From the IMG/VR virus record IMGVR_UViG_3300048631_000217: a stretch of DNA of 64,000 nt; one strand, written 5' to 3'. The notes under the pieces were generated by a model, which was not told the DNA's origin, searched no databases, and saw nothing but the letters and a program-made list of their open reading frames with translations. The position numbers and the translations under genes are program-made. Positions 23,528 through 34,185 of the stretch are shown piece after piece. The DNA comes from a virus (Duplodnaviria > Caudoviricetes). Position 1 is the stretch's first letter. Every line of letters begins with the position of its first letter.

Positions 23528-26500
23528 CTAAATTTCGCAGGCACCCCCCGCACAAGCCTGTGCGCCGGTCGTATCAATATCCGTGAATGTCTTCTCTGTC
23601 AAGTCTCTCGCGAAGTCGATATCCACCATGTTCTGTTGAATCTTCGTCCAGCGGTGCAACAGGTACACGTCCTTGAGGCAGTATTCAGCATTCTTCATGG
23701 CACCCCGGAAAGCATCGGACCATTCCTCATTGGTATATCCTCTATCGTCCATGAAATAGGTTGCCGCAAATTTCTGGAACCTGCGCACCCAATCCGCCTG
23801 TTGATCGCCATTTTCCCCAGAAGGTCGATCTGCCGGGTTCTGTTGAGCCACAAAACAGGCATCCCAAAGGTTTGCGAATCCCTGAAAGCAATCCACGATA
23901 AGACCGGATGCGAACAAGGCCGCACTACCATATTTCTCGACCAGTTCGGTTTCGGACATTACTGAAGTCATCGGGGCTTGGTTATAGTCTTTGTCCCCCG
24001 ACTTCCCGAGCATGGCGATACCCGCGAAATGATCCCGGTTATCATAAACGAAATTCTCGACCTCATCCCATTCATCATCGCCGACATTGATCGTGTTGGA
24101 TACATTGTGACGTAGACGTTTATCCACACAAAGAGACTCATCAGTTCCATACTCTACCCAATTCTGTTGAATCTTCTTGACGATTTCAAGCATTTCAACC
24201 GCCTTGACATCCTTCTTGAAGATCGACCCTTCCGGGGCGACAACGGGGAATGAAATGACATAATCGGTTCGTCCAGTTGACCACACGCTTTCTTCGACCA
24301 TGTAAGGACACCTTTCGGCAATCAATTGAGCGACTTCCTGATCCTTGGACATTTGCACATTGCGGATATAGTATTCCGAATGTTCGGCTGAGGTGGCCGA
24401 AGAGGTTCCGAGCAAGACCGATGCGTTACCGGACGGCTTGACACATGTTCCTCGTGCTGCCGGGTTGATACCGATGATCTTGGCGACATGCTTGTTAAGG
24501 TCCATGATAAGACTGGCCCCTTCCTGCATGTTCTTGTCGTCAAGCAACACATCCGGGCTGTTCATCCAGCCGGTGATAGAGCATCCGATAAGGGCTTCCC
24601 TTTCAAAGATTTTCTTAGTCACATCCGACATGAATTTGAAATCGGTGTAACCGGCCTGTAACGTACCCATGATGGAAGCGGCACGACACGCCTTGATGAA
24701 ATCTTCCTTGGATGTACATAAGGCCCCGTTGATCTCTGTGAGATTGCACTGTTTTGTCAACACATTGTTGAACACCCCTTGGTGCAGTTCCGGTTCCTCG
24801 AAGCAGTAAGAATCATACTTCCCCTCAAGTTTGGTTATTGAACGGACGGTCTGAAATTTACCTTTCATGATCCGCCCCTTTCTTGCAGTTGAAGTAAACT
24901 TACTAGACTTCAGGTCTTTTGGGTTTGCTACTTGAATATACCACACATCATTTCTACGCACCCGTCCGTTCGCATTCTCCCCCTTCTTCGCCATCAAATT
25001 AACTGATGAATCAATTCCCATCTTGCTCAGAAGAAGTTGACCGTCTCGTATTTTATCTTCGCGCCCATAGATACGTAAACCATTAGTCGTTTTGCTACCA
25101 TCACTATCACACCATCCCATAAAGAATTGTTTCAGACTTTCATAATCCCAAGAAAAAATCTCTTTCGGTAGTCCATTTTTGTATTTCAGATCATAAGAGA
25201 ATTCTCGGCTAACCCCATCAAAATAAACGCGATAAAAGCTAGTACCATATCGTACAGAAATAGCCCCCTTATGCGCTGAAACAAATGGGAAATCATAACC
25301 AAACTCCTGTTCATAAACTTCAGCAAACGGCTTTCTTATTATTCCATTTTGGAAGGTTGCGCAACCATCACCTAAAATGAATCCATAATCGTAAGCCAAC
25401 GGCTCATTCACCCCACCTTCCATGACGATATTGGAACGCGGTACAGAAATCGGATACGGACTTGTCTCCAATAGTCCGATAAGTTCCTTGGTAGTCACTT
25501 CCTGATATTCTGACTGAAAACGGTTCTTCACAAGAAATTTGTGGTAGTCGGTAGCGTCAAGATAAGACCCATCACCAAATCTGACCCGGTACAGGTCAAC
25601 ACCTTCATTGGTCTTAATCGGGCTAACTCTTGACCATCTTTCTCCATTCCATATCTCGACCGACCTATTTTCGCTTGCCACGTCGCCGATGATCTCGATA
25701 CCATCTTTGGTGATAAGTCTGGTATCATACGCAACACATCCTTGAAATCCCGTTTCGGTAGTACCGTCATCGTAATGGTATATTGGAAGCTTGCCGATCT
25801 CGACACAGGGATTAAAGGTGAAATCAGGGTCATCAACAAATACAAATCCGGGTTCGCCAAACTGTCGAATAGGCTTCATGGCCTTTGAGAATTGCTCACG
25901 GGTTGTTTCCGACCTCACAAAAACCATGGAATTATTGGAGCGACCGCGTTGTGGGTTCTTGATATACCAATCCCCGGTCTTGGCCATGGCCATTTCCGTA
26001 TCTTCGGGCGAAAACAAACAAATCGTCGCAGAACGGCGAACGCCACCCGCAATAACGGCATCTGCCGCATACATTGCAATATCATAAACATGAATCGGCT
26101 TTAGGCGATTGCCGCCATTCAAGACGATATCATTCAAAAGATGTTCGATAAAGTCAAGGGCGCGGCGCAGGGGTTCGGGGCCGGGGGCCTTGAACCCGCC
26201 TGAAATAGCGGAACCTTTCGGACGAATCTTCGATAGATCGAAATAGACCCGTCTCCCCTTGAATTCAGGATGTTTGCCGCCATCAACAAAAAACGACGAT
26301 AACAGAACATCAAGAGACTTCGCCCATCCCTCAATGGAATCCTCGACCACATGAATCTTCGCCGATCCCTTGCGCTGAACCACATCAGACAGTTTTTCGA
26401 TATGTCTAAACTGGACGGAAAACCCGACTCCTGCCCCGCATAACAAAGCGTAGAAGAATTCACCAAAGAATTCTACACGGCTAGCGTGTGTTGATAAACA

Positions 26501-26782
26501 GTTGTACAACCTCATCTGATGACGCAACAATTGTTCACCGCCGAATTGCAATGCCCTTTGCGCCCCCAAGACACGCTTTTCCTTATAGGCAGTTTCAGCC
26601 TCGTCAATAAGGTCAGACAATTCATCGGTCATCTTGTCGGCATAGTATTCGCGGTGCATTTTCATGACACGCTCGACAGCCTCATCCCAAGTCTCGTAAC
26701 GTCCTTTCACATCATCCCAACGGGAATAGCTTTCAAAGAACTTGGCATCGGCCATCAGACTACGCGCATTTTTCTGAAGCAT
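23528..26782 (-). CDS. nrdJ: Class II (B12-dependent) ribonucleotide reductase containing an intein
   Basis: YNC, GGVRRSA, NPCVEI, CNLTEIN, CVKPSG, C-terminal CAGGAC; no nrdB nearby. Confidence 0.9.
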   Translation of the reverse strand: MLQKNARSLMADAKFFESYSRWDDVKGRYETWDEAVERVMKMHREYYADKMTDELSDLIDEAETAYKEKRVLGAQRALQFGGEQLLRHQMRLYNCLSTHASRVEFFGEFFYALLCGAGVGFSVQFRHIEKLSDVVQRKGSAKIHVVEDSIEGWAKSLDVLLSSFFVDGGKHPEFKGRRVYFDLSKIRPKGSAISGGFKAPGPEPLRRALDFIEHLLNDIVLNGGNRLKPIHVYDIAMYAADAVIAGGVRRSATICLFSPEDTEMAMAKTGDWYIKNPQRGRSNNSMVFVRSETTREQFSKAMKPIRQFGEPGFVFVDDPDFTFNPCVEIGKLPIYHYDDGTTETGFQGCVAYDTRLITKDGIEIIGDVASENRSVEIWNGERWSRVSPIKTNEGVDLYRVRFGDGSYLDATDYHKFLVKNRFQSEYQEVTTKELIGLLETSPYPISVPRSNIVMEGGVNEPLAYDYGFILGDGCATFQNGIIRKPFAEVYEQEFGYDFPFVSAHKGAISVRYGTSFYRVYFDGVSREFSYDLKYKNGLPKEIFSWDYESLKQFFMGWCDSDGSKTTNGLRIYGREDKIRDGQLLLSKMGIDSSVNLMAKKGENANGRVRRNDVWYIQVANPKDLKSSKFTSTARKGRIMKGKFQTVRSITKLEGKYDSYCFEEPELHQGVFNNVLTKQCNLTEINGALCTSKEDFIKACRAASIMGTLQAGYTDFKFMSDVTKKIFEREALIGCSITGWMNSPDVLLDDKNMQEGASLIMDLNKHVAKIIGINPAARGTCVKPSGNASVLLGTSSATSAEHSEYYIRNVQMSKDQEVAQLIAERCPYMVEESVWSTGRTDYVISFPVVAPEGSIFKKDVKAVEMLEIVKKIQQNWVEYGTDESLCVDKRLRHNVSNTINVGDDEWDEVENFVYDNRDHFAGIAMLGKSGDKDYNQAPMTSVMSETELVEKYGSAALFASGLIVDCFQGFANLWDACFVAQQNPADRPSGENGDQQADWVRRFQKFAATYFMDDRGYTNEEWSDAFRGAMKNAEYCLKDVYLLHRWTKIQQNMVDIDFARDLTEKTFTDIDTTGAQACAGGACEI
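24749..25738 (-). mobile_element. Intein (330 aa) with LAGLIDADG homing endonuclease
   Basis: GFQG|CVAYDT...ATDYHKF...GFILGDG...GWCDSDG...VLTKQ|CNL. Confidence 0.92.
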
Positions 26783-26865
26783 TTGGATTCCTTTTCTTGT
26801 TTTTTTTGGCGACAAAAAATAGGGGATTGTCGCCCCCTATTTTTGAAGAATACTGTTTGGTAACT

Positions 26866-27531
26866 TTATGACAGAATTTGATCTGCCATTGGCAACACGG
26901 ACGAAATGACTTTCTGCACTTCTCTGGCCAATGCCATATGTTCTTTTTGGGTTCCGTTTCCGGCCCGTAATTCTATATAGTGTATCCAGCTACGGAATGT
27001 GCCATTCATATAGAGTTTAGATACCGTGTTGCCTTCGGGCAACACCACTCTGGCCTGTTCTTTCGCAATACCATTCTCGACTGCCCAACGATATGCCAAC
27101 CCGGCCTCGTGAATGATTTGTTCCTGTTTGGTAATCCATTGCTTCATTAGGATTTCGTCTTCGGTCTCTAGGCTATCCTGACGATTGGTCGGGTGTTGTA
27201 ATCTCGCATCCCTAGTGACAAAAGACAAGTCTTTGGTGGGGTCCGAATATCTTTGAGAGTATTCCTGAAAGTGAAAGGATCTATGCCGCAAAACCTGTCT
27301 GGCAATATCCCGAGTCGTTGAAATCTCGACACATGCCGATGCCATTTCGAATGGCGACCAATGCTTGTTGTCGATCAGGTAATTCAACAGACGCCTAGAA
27401 TTCATCATGTTGAATTGCCCGGAAGGGTTCGATACCTTGGCGCAGAAGGCAATCAGGTCTTGGGCGTCGTTGATACCCTCTTTCCTGAATTCTTCGGCAG
27501 GTTGGCTATAGCTAACTAAACGCACTTTCAT
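26866..27531 (-). CDS. thyX: FAD-dependent thymidylate synthase
   Basis: HWSPFE, RHRSFHFQEYSQRY, TQKEH. Confidence 0.95.
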   Translation of the reverse strand: MKVRLVSYSQPAEEFRKEGINDAQDLIAFCAKVSNPSGQFNMMNSRRLLNYLIDNKHWSPFEMASACVEISTTRDIARQVLRHRSFHFQEYSQRYSDPTKDLSFVTRDARLQHPTNRQDSLETEDEILMKQWITKQEQIIHEAGLAYRWAVENGIAKEQARVVLPEGNTVSKLYMNGTFRSWIHYIELRAGNGTQKEHMALAREVQKVISSVLPMADQILS

Positions 27532-27532
27532 A

Positions 27533-28567
27533 CTAACATTGTCTCCATTCTGCTAATTCAAACTCGGCACGAAGCCCCTTGAATGTTCTATACTCAATCA
27601 TTTTCTGCACATCAACGTTGGTATAGCCACCTAATACCATATCGTTGATATCCTTGTAACGTATTCCTTTTGGCCAGATACATATAGACGATTTACGGCC
27701 AATAACCTTTTCCATACGTTTGACGATTTCCGGGTTTCTTGGCTCATTGTCAAACACATAGGTTGCCATTTCGGGATTCGGTAATCCCCGTTCCGATCCA
27801 TCGGCCCCGGCCATGGCTATGCAATTTTCTAAAAATAGACTGTCTAACGGACCTTCCACCACCAGATAAGGTCTGTCGCAATCCACGAAGTCAAGACCAT
27901 AGACTTTTGGGGAATCCTCGTCAAGCATTATCGTAACGTAACGCAGACTTTTTGGATTGAATGCCCGACCCTGAAAGCCGAACATGTTACCGTCCCTATC
28001 CAGAAAAGGGATGACCAAACGTGGTTCTTCGGTAAACCCATCCCCGAGTTTACCCGGCTGTATCTCGTTTACCCAAGCCTTGAATTTTGGGGTATAGTAT
28101 AGACGATGATGCACCTTCGGGGGAATCATCCTCTTGTTGACATATTGTCTGGCAGGATGATCATAGCGTAATTGGCTGATTTTCTTGATTCGTCTTAGAA
28201 AGCTGCCAGATCTCTTGAAGTTCGGTTGCTTGTTCCTTAACGAATCAAGTCCCTTCGGGACAGCCCCGGTCGGGGCTTTCATTCTGTACTTGTTCAGCTT
28301 CGATTCGACTATGTATTCATCATACATGGCCGGGTCAAGGTCTTTCAGAAAGTTTCTGAGGCTTCGGCTATCCCCGCAATTGTGACAATAGAACACACAA
28401 TCGTTCTTGTGGTCAAGAAACCATGCTCTTGTCTTGCTTTTGGATTTGCTGGAATCACCGCAGATAGGGCAACGGAAATTGGCCCTATAAGGATTGGTGT
28501 TCTTGACCTTGAAATACTCTAACCGGGACGAAATCATCCCTACAAACTTCACATCAATATAGTTCAT
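27533..28567 (-). CDS. DNA primase (T4 gp61-like)
   Basis: FRCPICGDS Zn ribbon, VEGPLDS, DNEPRN, KDINDM. Confidence 0.95.
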   Translation of the reverse strand: MNYIDVKFVGMISSRLEYFKVKNTNPYRANFRCPICGDSSKSKSKTRAWFLDHKNDCVFYCHNCGDSRSLRNFLKDLDPAMYDEYIVESKLNKYRMKAPTGAVPKGLDSLRNKQPNFKRSGSFLRRIKKISQLRYDHPARQYVNKRMIPPKVHHRLYYTPKFKAWVNEIQPGKLGDGFTEEPRLVIPFLDRDGNMFGFQGRAFNPKSLRYVTIMLDEDSPKVYGLDFVDCDRPYLVVEGPLDSLFLENCIAMAGADGSERGLPNPEMATYVFDNEPRNPEIVKRMEKVIGRKSSICIWPKGIRYKDINDMVLGGYTNVDVQKMIEYRTFKGLRAEFELAEWRQC

Positions 28568-28639
28568 AGAATCCTTTAAATATTCTTCAATGGCTTAATA
28601 AGGATTTTACCGTCGCCGAACATTCTGTCAAGAGGAAAA

Positions 28640-29092
28640 TTAAGGGGTCTTGAACCTATCGAAGATTTTCGTGACTTTCACTTGTTTTCCATCAACTTCG
28701 CAGACATGACGGGTGCGCAATTCGATCACCTCGGGGTCAAGACCCTTGGTATCTATGTTGATGTTTAGTGATTGTTGACCCTGCGCCCGGTTATCGTTGT
28801 TACCGCGTCCCGTGTTTTCGACATATTGAGTCTTGACGAATTCCCCGGTCACGATTAGAAAAGGAACCAGTTGCTGAAACTTGCATTCTTCCCGATACTT
28901 GACGAAATTGGCCTTGTAATGAATTTCGGTCGGGGATATACGTTCTACCACCACCCGTTCTATATTCCCGTAGGGCACGTCAGGCGCATGATAGAATGCG
29001 TAATATATCCCGGCATGAATCATGGTTGATAGGAACGCTCCAATTACAAAAGCGCCCTTGTTGATCCAAAGCTGTTTTAAAAGATTAGCCAC
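28640..29092 (-). CDS. Membrane-anchored protein in the lysis cluster
   Basis: N-terminal TM, ELRTRHVC. Confidence 0.7.
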   Translation of the reverse strand: MANLLKQLWINKGAFVIGAFLSTMIHAGIYYAFYHAPDVPYGNIERVVVERISPTEIHYKANFVKYREECKFQQLVPFLIVTGEFVKTQYVENTGRGNNDNRAQGQQSLNINIDTKGLDPEVIELRTRHVCEVDGKQVKVTKIFDRFKTP

Positions 29093-29384
29093 CGAACAAT
29101 CCTCCTTTAGCCACCCATGCCACTAGCGACGTAATGAATCCGCCGCCGATCAACCATAGGAATGTTGACAGGTTCTTGTTCAATGCGTCTTGGTTTTTCT
29201 TGATATACGAAATGTCGGCCTGTAGGGCGATCATCTTCTTTTCAAGGTCATTCTGACGGTCAACATATTGTTGGTGCCTCTCGTCAAACCTTTGTTGACG
29301 TTCCTTGATTTCTTGAATGTCGTTATTCAGTTCCTTGAACTTGAAATAGAATTCGTTACGTATCTGGTCATTCGAATCGGTCAT
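29085..29384 (-). CDS. Coiled-coil protein with C-terminal TM (XhlA/holin-like)
   Basis: Heptad repeats, C-terminal hydrophobic helix. Confidence 0.65.
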   Translation of the reverse strand: MTDSNDQIRNEFYFKFKELNNDIQEIKERQQRFDERHQQYVDRQNDLEKKMIALQADISYIKKNQDALNKNLSTFLWLIGGGFITSLVAWVAKGGLFGG

Positions 29385-29387
29385 GGG

Positions 29388-29870
29388 TTATCCCCTCTTT
29401 CTTTTTGATTGGTCAATGGCCCGGCTACCGAACCAGAATCCCATGACAGCGGCAAACAAATCCTTTTCATCCATACCCCACACAAGGGGGTATACTTCTG
29501 TCCATGCTATCGACAGGTCGATAAACCCGCCGTTATTCTTGAATATCAGAATGACCCCGACAATCTTGACAAATACGAAAAGAAGGAAGAAACAATAGGT
29601 AATGACAGGCCGAACACTTGCTCTAAGTCCATTAAGAAAGACACCGCCATCAAGGGTAGAATCATGATCTCGAAGAGATTTTCCCTCGTCAACATCCGCC
29701 TGAATATTCGATACTTCCAGCCGTGTTTGTGCATCAATCGAAGCTTTCTTGATAGATAGTTCTTGTAAGGCTAATTGATACTTGTAATCCTCTTTCTTCT
29801 TCATCAAAGAAAGCACTTCTGGCACCAGTGAGGTAATGGCCCCCAATACAGCCGATACAACTACGCCCAT
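29388..29870 (-). CDS. Putative holin
   Basis: LRASVRPVITY...FWFGSR; three hydrophobic segments. Confidence 0.7.
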   Translation of the reverse strand: MGVVVSAVLGAITSLVPEVLSLMKKKEDYKYQLALQELSIKKASIDAQTRLEVSNIQADVDEGKSLRDHDSTLDGGVFLNGLRASVRPVITYCFFLLFVFVKIVGVILIFKNNGGFIDLSIAWTEVYPLVWGMDEKDLFAAVMGFWFGSRAIDQSKRKRG

Positions 29871-30361
29871 GGTCTGCGCCTTATCATCTTGTTACGTTTC
29901 TTGTGACGGGCTATGGCCTTTTTGTCTAGCCCCGGTTCGCCGTCAGGACCGACCCCGATCCCGGCAATGGCACCCGACCCCGCACTATTGGTCGGGGCAT
30001 CCTCTAGTAATTCCTGCGCATATGTCGTATAGGTTTCCAGCATTTCCATCAATTCGTCGTCAGTAGGTTCATGGCCGTTTTCGACGGCTTCGATACCTTC
30101 CTTGATCAGATAAAGGGAAGCCGGGACGAATCCTGATATGACCGATGCTCCGACAGGATTAGAAGAAACCAGCTTACGTAGTCTCAGAATAAGGGAGTCC
30201 ATGCGACTGAAGGAACGCTTTTCCTGATCCGTGAATTCCTTACGCTTTTTCAGGACATTTCCGTTACGGTCAATGATACCCATACGATAAGCCTTCCATT
30301 TAGTGAAAGGCTTCGTCAGTCTTCTAATGAATGAGTATACTAAAAAACCGTCAACGATCAT
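29861..30361 (-). CDS. Conserved T4-like hypothetical protein
   Basis: PF.KW.AY..GIID..G; EDAPTNS..SG.IAG. Confidence 0.8.
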   Translation of the reverse strand: MIVDGFLVYSFIRRLTKPFTKWKAYRMGIIDRNGNVLKKRKEFTDQEKRSFSRMDSLILRLRKLVSSNPVGASVISGFVPASLYLIKEGIEAVENGHEPTDDELMEMLETYTTYAQELLEDAPTNSAGSGAIAGIGVGPDGEPGLDKKAIARHKKRNKMIRRRPWA

Positions 30362-30740
30362 TTCTAAGCAGTTCCCTTAATTCCTTTACGATTACTTCGT
30401 CTATTTGAATGTCAACAGTATTTATGAATTGACCGTTCAACACAACGGTTTCGGGTAGCCTGTTGATACATATCAGGAAAGGTTTCAATTCCTTTAGGTG
30501 ATCGGCAAGCTTATAGAACAACATAGGGGTTGCTGCATCCCCGAAACAATTGTATATGACTACCAGATGATTGAGGATCAAACGAACCCTCAATTCTTTC
30601 TTATTCTTGTAACGGCTGAATAGTTTCCTTAGATATTTGAAACGTTTGGTATCGGCAATGAAATCGTCAATCGTTGCCATGTTTCCTATATCATAATGAC
30701 GTGAGGCGAACATGATGAATGTATCTTCGTCAAGCTTCAT
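30351..30740 (-). CDS. Conserved T4-like hypothetical protein
   Basis: RLILNHLVVIYNCFG. Confidence 0.8.
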   Translation of the reverse strand: MKLDEDTFIMFASRHYDIGNMATIDDFIADTKRFKYLRKLFSRYKNKKELRVRLILNHLVVIYNCFGDAATPMLFYKLADHLKELKPFLICINRLPETVVLNGQFINTVDIQIDEVIVKELRELLRNDR

Positions 30741-30750
30741 GTATCACCTC

Positions 30751-30780
30751 AAAAATAGGGGGGCTTTACGCCCCTCTATT
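30751..30780 (-). terminator. Intrinsic terminator
   Basis: AATAGAGGGGC/GCCCCCCTATT hairpin plus U-tract. Confidence 0.6.
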
Positions 30781-31072
30781 AGACATCCGCAACGGTAGCG
30801 TCTTCGATAGTCGTGTTGCCTGTCATACCGGCGTCACCTGCCGCAACTGCCGTGACCTTCATCGGAATGAGGGTTTCGGCGCGATAGCGTGTCTTGCCAT
30901 TCGCATCAACGTAGGTTTCGAACTTGTTCCAGCCGGGGGTTTTTAGACCCTTGGCACGGTTCGAAGCAACAGCGGCTTCTGTCGTATCGACAAAGAACAA
31001 CTTCGTGTTGTCGGAAGCCGGTGAAGATTTAGGTGCCGATGCTGCGGTATCGGTCTTGCCCCATAGACTCAT
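30779..31072 (-). CDS. Conserved T4-like late protein
   Basis: MSLWG...PGW...ETL; late promoter at 31107-31113. Confidence 0.75.
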   Translation of the reverse strand: MSLWGKTDTAASAPKSSPASDNTKLFFVDTTEAAVASNRAKGLKTPGWNKFETYVDANGKTRYRAETLIPMKVTAVAAGDAGMTGNTTIEDATVADV

Positions 31073-31119
31073 TTCTCTACTCCTAGTAGTTGTTTCGGTT
31101 CTGTAGTATTTATGAAATA

Positions 31120-31359
31120 CTAGAGTCTATCGAATGCCTCTTTAATGGCCTTGTCGATCTTCTTACGGCGATTGTGCAGATACTCGTCTTCATCGTCTAC
31201 TTCACCGTCATTGTCGATATCCTTGTCTTCACGGTCATCGAAATCCTTTTCCAATTCGTCATCATCAACTTTGTCCATTTTGTCTTTAGGCATATCGTAT
31301 CCTTTCTCTCTTGCCAGAAATTCCTTGTCTAGTGGTGTCAGGTCTCTTTTAATGGGCAT
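31120..31359 (-). CDS. Small acidic protein with EF-hand-like loop
   Basis: DIDNDGEVDDEDEYLHNRRK. Confidence 0.7.
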   Translation of the reverse strand: MPIKRDLTPLDKEFLAREKGYDMPKDKMDKVDDDELEKDFDDREDKDIDNDGEVDDEDEYLHNRRKKIDKAIKEAFDRL

Positions 31360-32218
31360 GGGGTATTCCGAGTGCTTCTAGGGTTTTCGGACCAACGATT
31401 CCATCCCGATACAAATTGTTTGCCGTCTGAAACAGCTTTACCGCCCGATGTGTCTGCGGGCCGAATTTCCCATCGGCCTTGATGTTCAGCGCCCGTTGAA
31501 GGGTCTTGACATCCTCACCTTCCGAACCGATACCCAATATCCGGGTAATGGCATGGGGTTCATGTACAGGCTCTAGACTGGCCATGACACGCTTATAGAT
31601 TGTCTGGCGTTTGGTCAGTCCATTCGTGCCGCCATTGATAAGCTTTGTCATGCTCTTTACATCGCGACGATCCGCCGCCGCGTTCAGACCATTCACCTTC
31701 CAATACCAACAAGCCGCTTCCATGGCACCGCGTTTCGTGGTCAGGTATTCAATCACTTCGTCAAACGTCATAACCTCTTTACGGATCGAATAGACATATT
31801 GGGCAAAGCTGGAATAGTTGTCCTTGCCGGTCAATTGAATGACACCGCGACCCCGAAATCTCCATCCATCACCGGAATGTTCTGCACCATTCCCCATTCG
31901 GCTAGCATAAACCGCATTGGCGATCTTTTCGGGGTTTCGGGCATAGGCTTTAGCATCCCTTATACCGGGTCCGAAGTATTTACCGAATACGCGAAGCAAT
32001 GCCTTTTCACTGTAATTAAGGTTCTCTTCCAATACCTTGAATTCAGAACTTTCATAGGCACATTGGGACAGGAACCCGGCAACCCTTTCGGGGGTCGTAA
32101 TATCGTATTGTGGTAACAATTCTAATGCAATAATGTACCATTCACCGACTTCTTTATTGGTCGGAATGGCGGACTTCATATGTTCTAAGGTGAACTCAAA
32201 TTCCATGATTACACTCAA
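31349..32218 (-). CDS. GH19 endolysin with C-terminal peptidoglycan-binding domain
   Basis: EENLNYS, FRGRG.IQLTG..NY, INGG.NG; DGKFGPQT...DGIVGPKT. Confidence 0.92.
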   Translation of the reverse strand: MSVIMEFEFTLEHMKSAIPTNKEVGEWYIIALELLPQYDITTPERVAGFLSQCAYESSEFKVLEENLNYSEKALLRVFGKYFGPGIRDAKAYARNPEKIANAVYASRMGNGAEHSGDGWRFRGRGVIQLTGKDNYSSFAQYVYSIRKEVMTFDEVIEYLTTKRGAMEAACWYWKVNGLNAAADRRDVKSMTKLINGGTNGLTKRQTIYKRVMASLEPVHEPHAITRILGIGSEGEDVKTLQRALNIKADGKFGPQTHRAVKLFQTANNLYRDGIVGPKTLEALGIPHAH

Positions 32219-33459
32219 TACTTGATGATTTTGTTTGGGGTTCTGAAATTGGCCTTGCGCATGATAGTTTTCATTACAACATCAATCTCGTCATTACGTG
32301 AATCGTATTCTACGGCTACGGGGATATTCAGGTTCTTTTGAATGTCTTTTAGAACGGCTTCGGCACCGACAATTCCCTTCAGTTTACGTCCTTGGGACGC
32401 ATAGATACGTTTGATGAATTCTGCCAATTCCTTTAAGGTAATACATGGGTCATTCCGCCCATGGGAAAGACGTTCACCGAAATGCTTCGTGAATTCGAAG
32501 TCGATTCCATACTTCTTGAAAAGCTGATCCACGACACTTTCGAAACGCTTCATCTGTTCCCTTGTCACAAGGGCACATGAATTCTCTTCGAATAGGTCAT
32601 TGACTTCCGATTCGGTACGATAGGTTTCGAAACCCTCGGGCACTCCATATGTCTTGGTATAGAGGTTGGCCAATTCACGGGGACCGATGCTGAGGTTGAA
32701 TGACCGGGTGATATCGAAGGCATATCCTTGGATAGATTGACGGGCACCTTTCGAAGACACCATCTTGTTCAAGGCGTCCAATGCTTTTTTGATGATATCG
32801 TTTTTCGGGTCAGGTTTCTTGTTGCTGCCCTTGCCGCTACGGTAATAGGCATCTTCCCAATTCTCATTCAAACTGGCATTCTCGGACTCCACGACATATT
32901 GTGCGAAGTCTGCCAACTCGTAATCGGTCATTTCGTCAACCTTCTTACGGAAGATCTTGAATCTCTTGTCAGTCTTTACCTTTCCGTCCTTTTCCATCAT
33001 CTGATGTGGACGTTTTAGCGGGACATGGCTTTCAAACGCCAGTTCAAACGCTTCATTGACCGATTTACGGAAAAGCTTGGAATTGTCCTTGCGTCGGACA
33101 TTCGGCATAAGACGTGTGGCGATACGGGAAAGGGCTTTCTTGCGTTTCGAAACTCTCTGGTCAATTGTCATCTTCTGACCAATCGACAAGTTCTTGTAAT
33201 CCTTGCCGCCGACTTTGCTTCGCACCAGATTGATAGCCGCTCTACGCGACCGTTTACCTAGCCGTTTCTTGTCGGCTTTGCGACGATCCTGTCTCTTGCG
33301 GCCAATCTCCAAACGCCTCTTGAAGCGGCGCATGGTGCGCGAGCGGCGCTTGCGTTCGGAATATCCGACAGCTTCTTCAACGGCTTCGCTCTCTGGATTG
33401 ATCACGACTTCCGTATCCTTTTGCTTTTTCTTGGCATCTTTTTTCTTGTCTTTTTCCAT
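32215..33459 (-). CDS. Large basic late protein (possible internal head protein)
   Basis: Arg/Lys-rich N-terminus; late promoter at 33495-33501. Confidence 0.75.
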   Translation of the reverse strand: MEKDKKKDAKKKQKDTEVVINPESEAVEEAVGYSERKRRSRTMRRFKRRLEIGRKRQDRRKADKKRLGKRSRRAAINLVRSKVGGKDYKNLSIGQKMTIDQRVSKRKKALSRIATRLMPNVRRKDNSKLFRKSVNEAFELAFESHVPLKRPHQMMEKDGKVKTDKRFKIFRKKVDEMTDYELADFAQYVVESENASLNENWEDAYYRSGKGSNKKPDPKNDIIKKALDALNKMVSSKGARQSIQGYAFDITRSFNLSIGPRELANLYTKTYGVPEGFETYRTESEVNDLFEENSCALVTREQMKRFESVVDQLFKKYGIDFEFTKHFGERLSHGRNDPCITLKELAEFIKRIYASQGRKLKGIVGAEAVLKDIQKNLNIPVAVEYDSRNDEIDVVMKTIMRKANFRTPNKIIKY

Positions 33460-33497
33460 GATAGGTGATATCCTGAATTGATGTATTTCTATCTTAT

Positions 33498-34157
33498 TTA
33501 TCTAACACGGTATCCCAAAGACTTGATAAGGTCTTTGCCGATTGTGTCGTTGATGGCGTCTATCTGTTTGCGGGTCAGGTATTGAGGCTTCTGAAGTTCG
33601 TAAGCCTCTTTCATGCGTTCCGTGAAATTCCGGGATTGCGAGACTTCACCGGGCATGACCAACCGCCAGCCGTCAACAGGTCTCTTGAACCCCATGGGTT
33701 TCGCCAAACTGTTCAGGAAATAGTCAAGTTCAAGATCATCTAACAGATCTTCGTATCGGATATACCTGACAGGGTAATCGCACCCATTGACACACCAGTT
33801 ACATGCCCAATCCCGATATGTTTTTGCAAGATTGATGATATTCAACCTTTCTTCTCCTAGCAGGTAATCTTCGGAAACGTCTCGCTCATCTGCCGGATAG
33901 TCTGTCTGTCGATATAGCCAATCGACATGATTGCGGATACATAGAGATTCTACCCACAGATAGGGGTTCTTGCGGATACAGAATATCAGACAATAGGGAT
34001 TGATGATTTCCGGTTCATAAGGTTCTATAGAGTGCTTCCAAGCCTCACTCTGACGATTCAGGTTACGACTATTGAAGTTTCGCCATAGCAGTTCGGACAG
34101 GTAATTGGTCCCTGTTCTTTGCAATCCGAAGATGTAGTTGTTTTTGACCATACCCAA
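33498..34157 (-). CDS. Sulfotransferase-family protein
   Basis: GLQRTGTNY (PAPS-binding loop), WKH, KNPY.W..S, IRYEDL. Confidence 0.8.
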   Translation of the reverse strand: MGMVKNNYIFGLQRTGTNYLSELLWRNFNSRNLNRQSEAWKHSIEPYEPEIINPYCLIFCIRKNPYLWVESLCIRNHVDWLYRQTDYPADERDVSEDYLLGEERLNIINLAKTYRDWACNWCVNGCDYPVRYIRYEDLLDDLELDYFLNSLAKPMGFKRPVDGWRLVMPGEVSQSRNFTERMKEAYELQKPQYLTRKQIDAINDTIGKDLIKSLGYRVR

Positions 34158-34185
34158 TCCCCTTTACAGGTAATTAGGGAATAAG

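Noticed and set aside
26790-26865. Possible cobalamin riboswitch upstream of nrdJ
   Set aside because: The gap is too short and has no B12 box; only a simple AAAAATAGGGG/CCCCTATTTTT hairpin is present.
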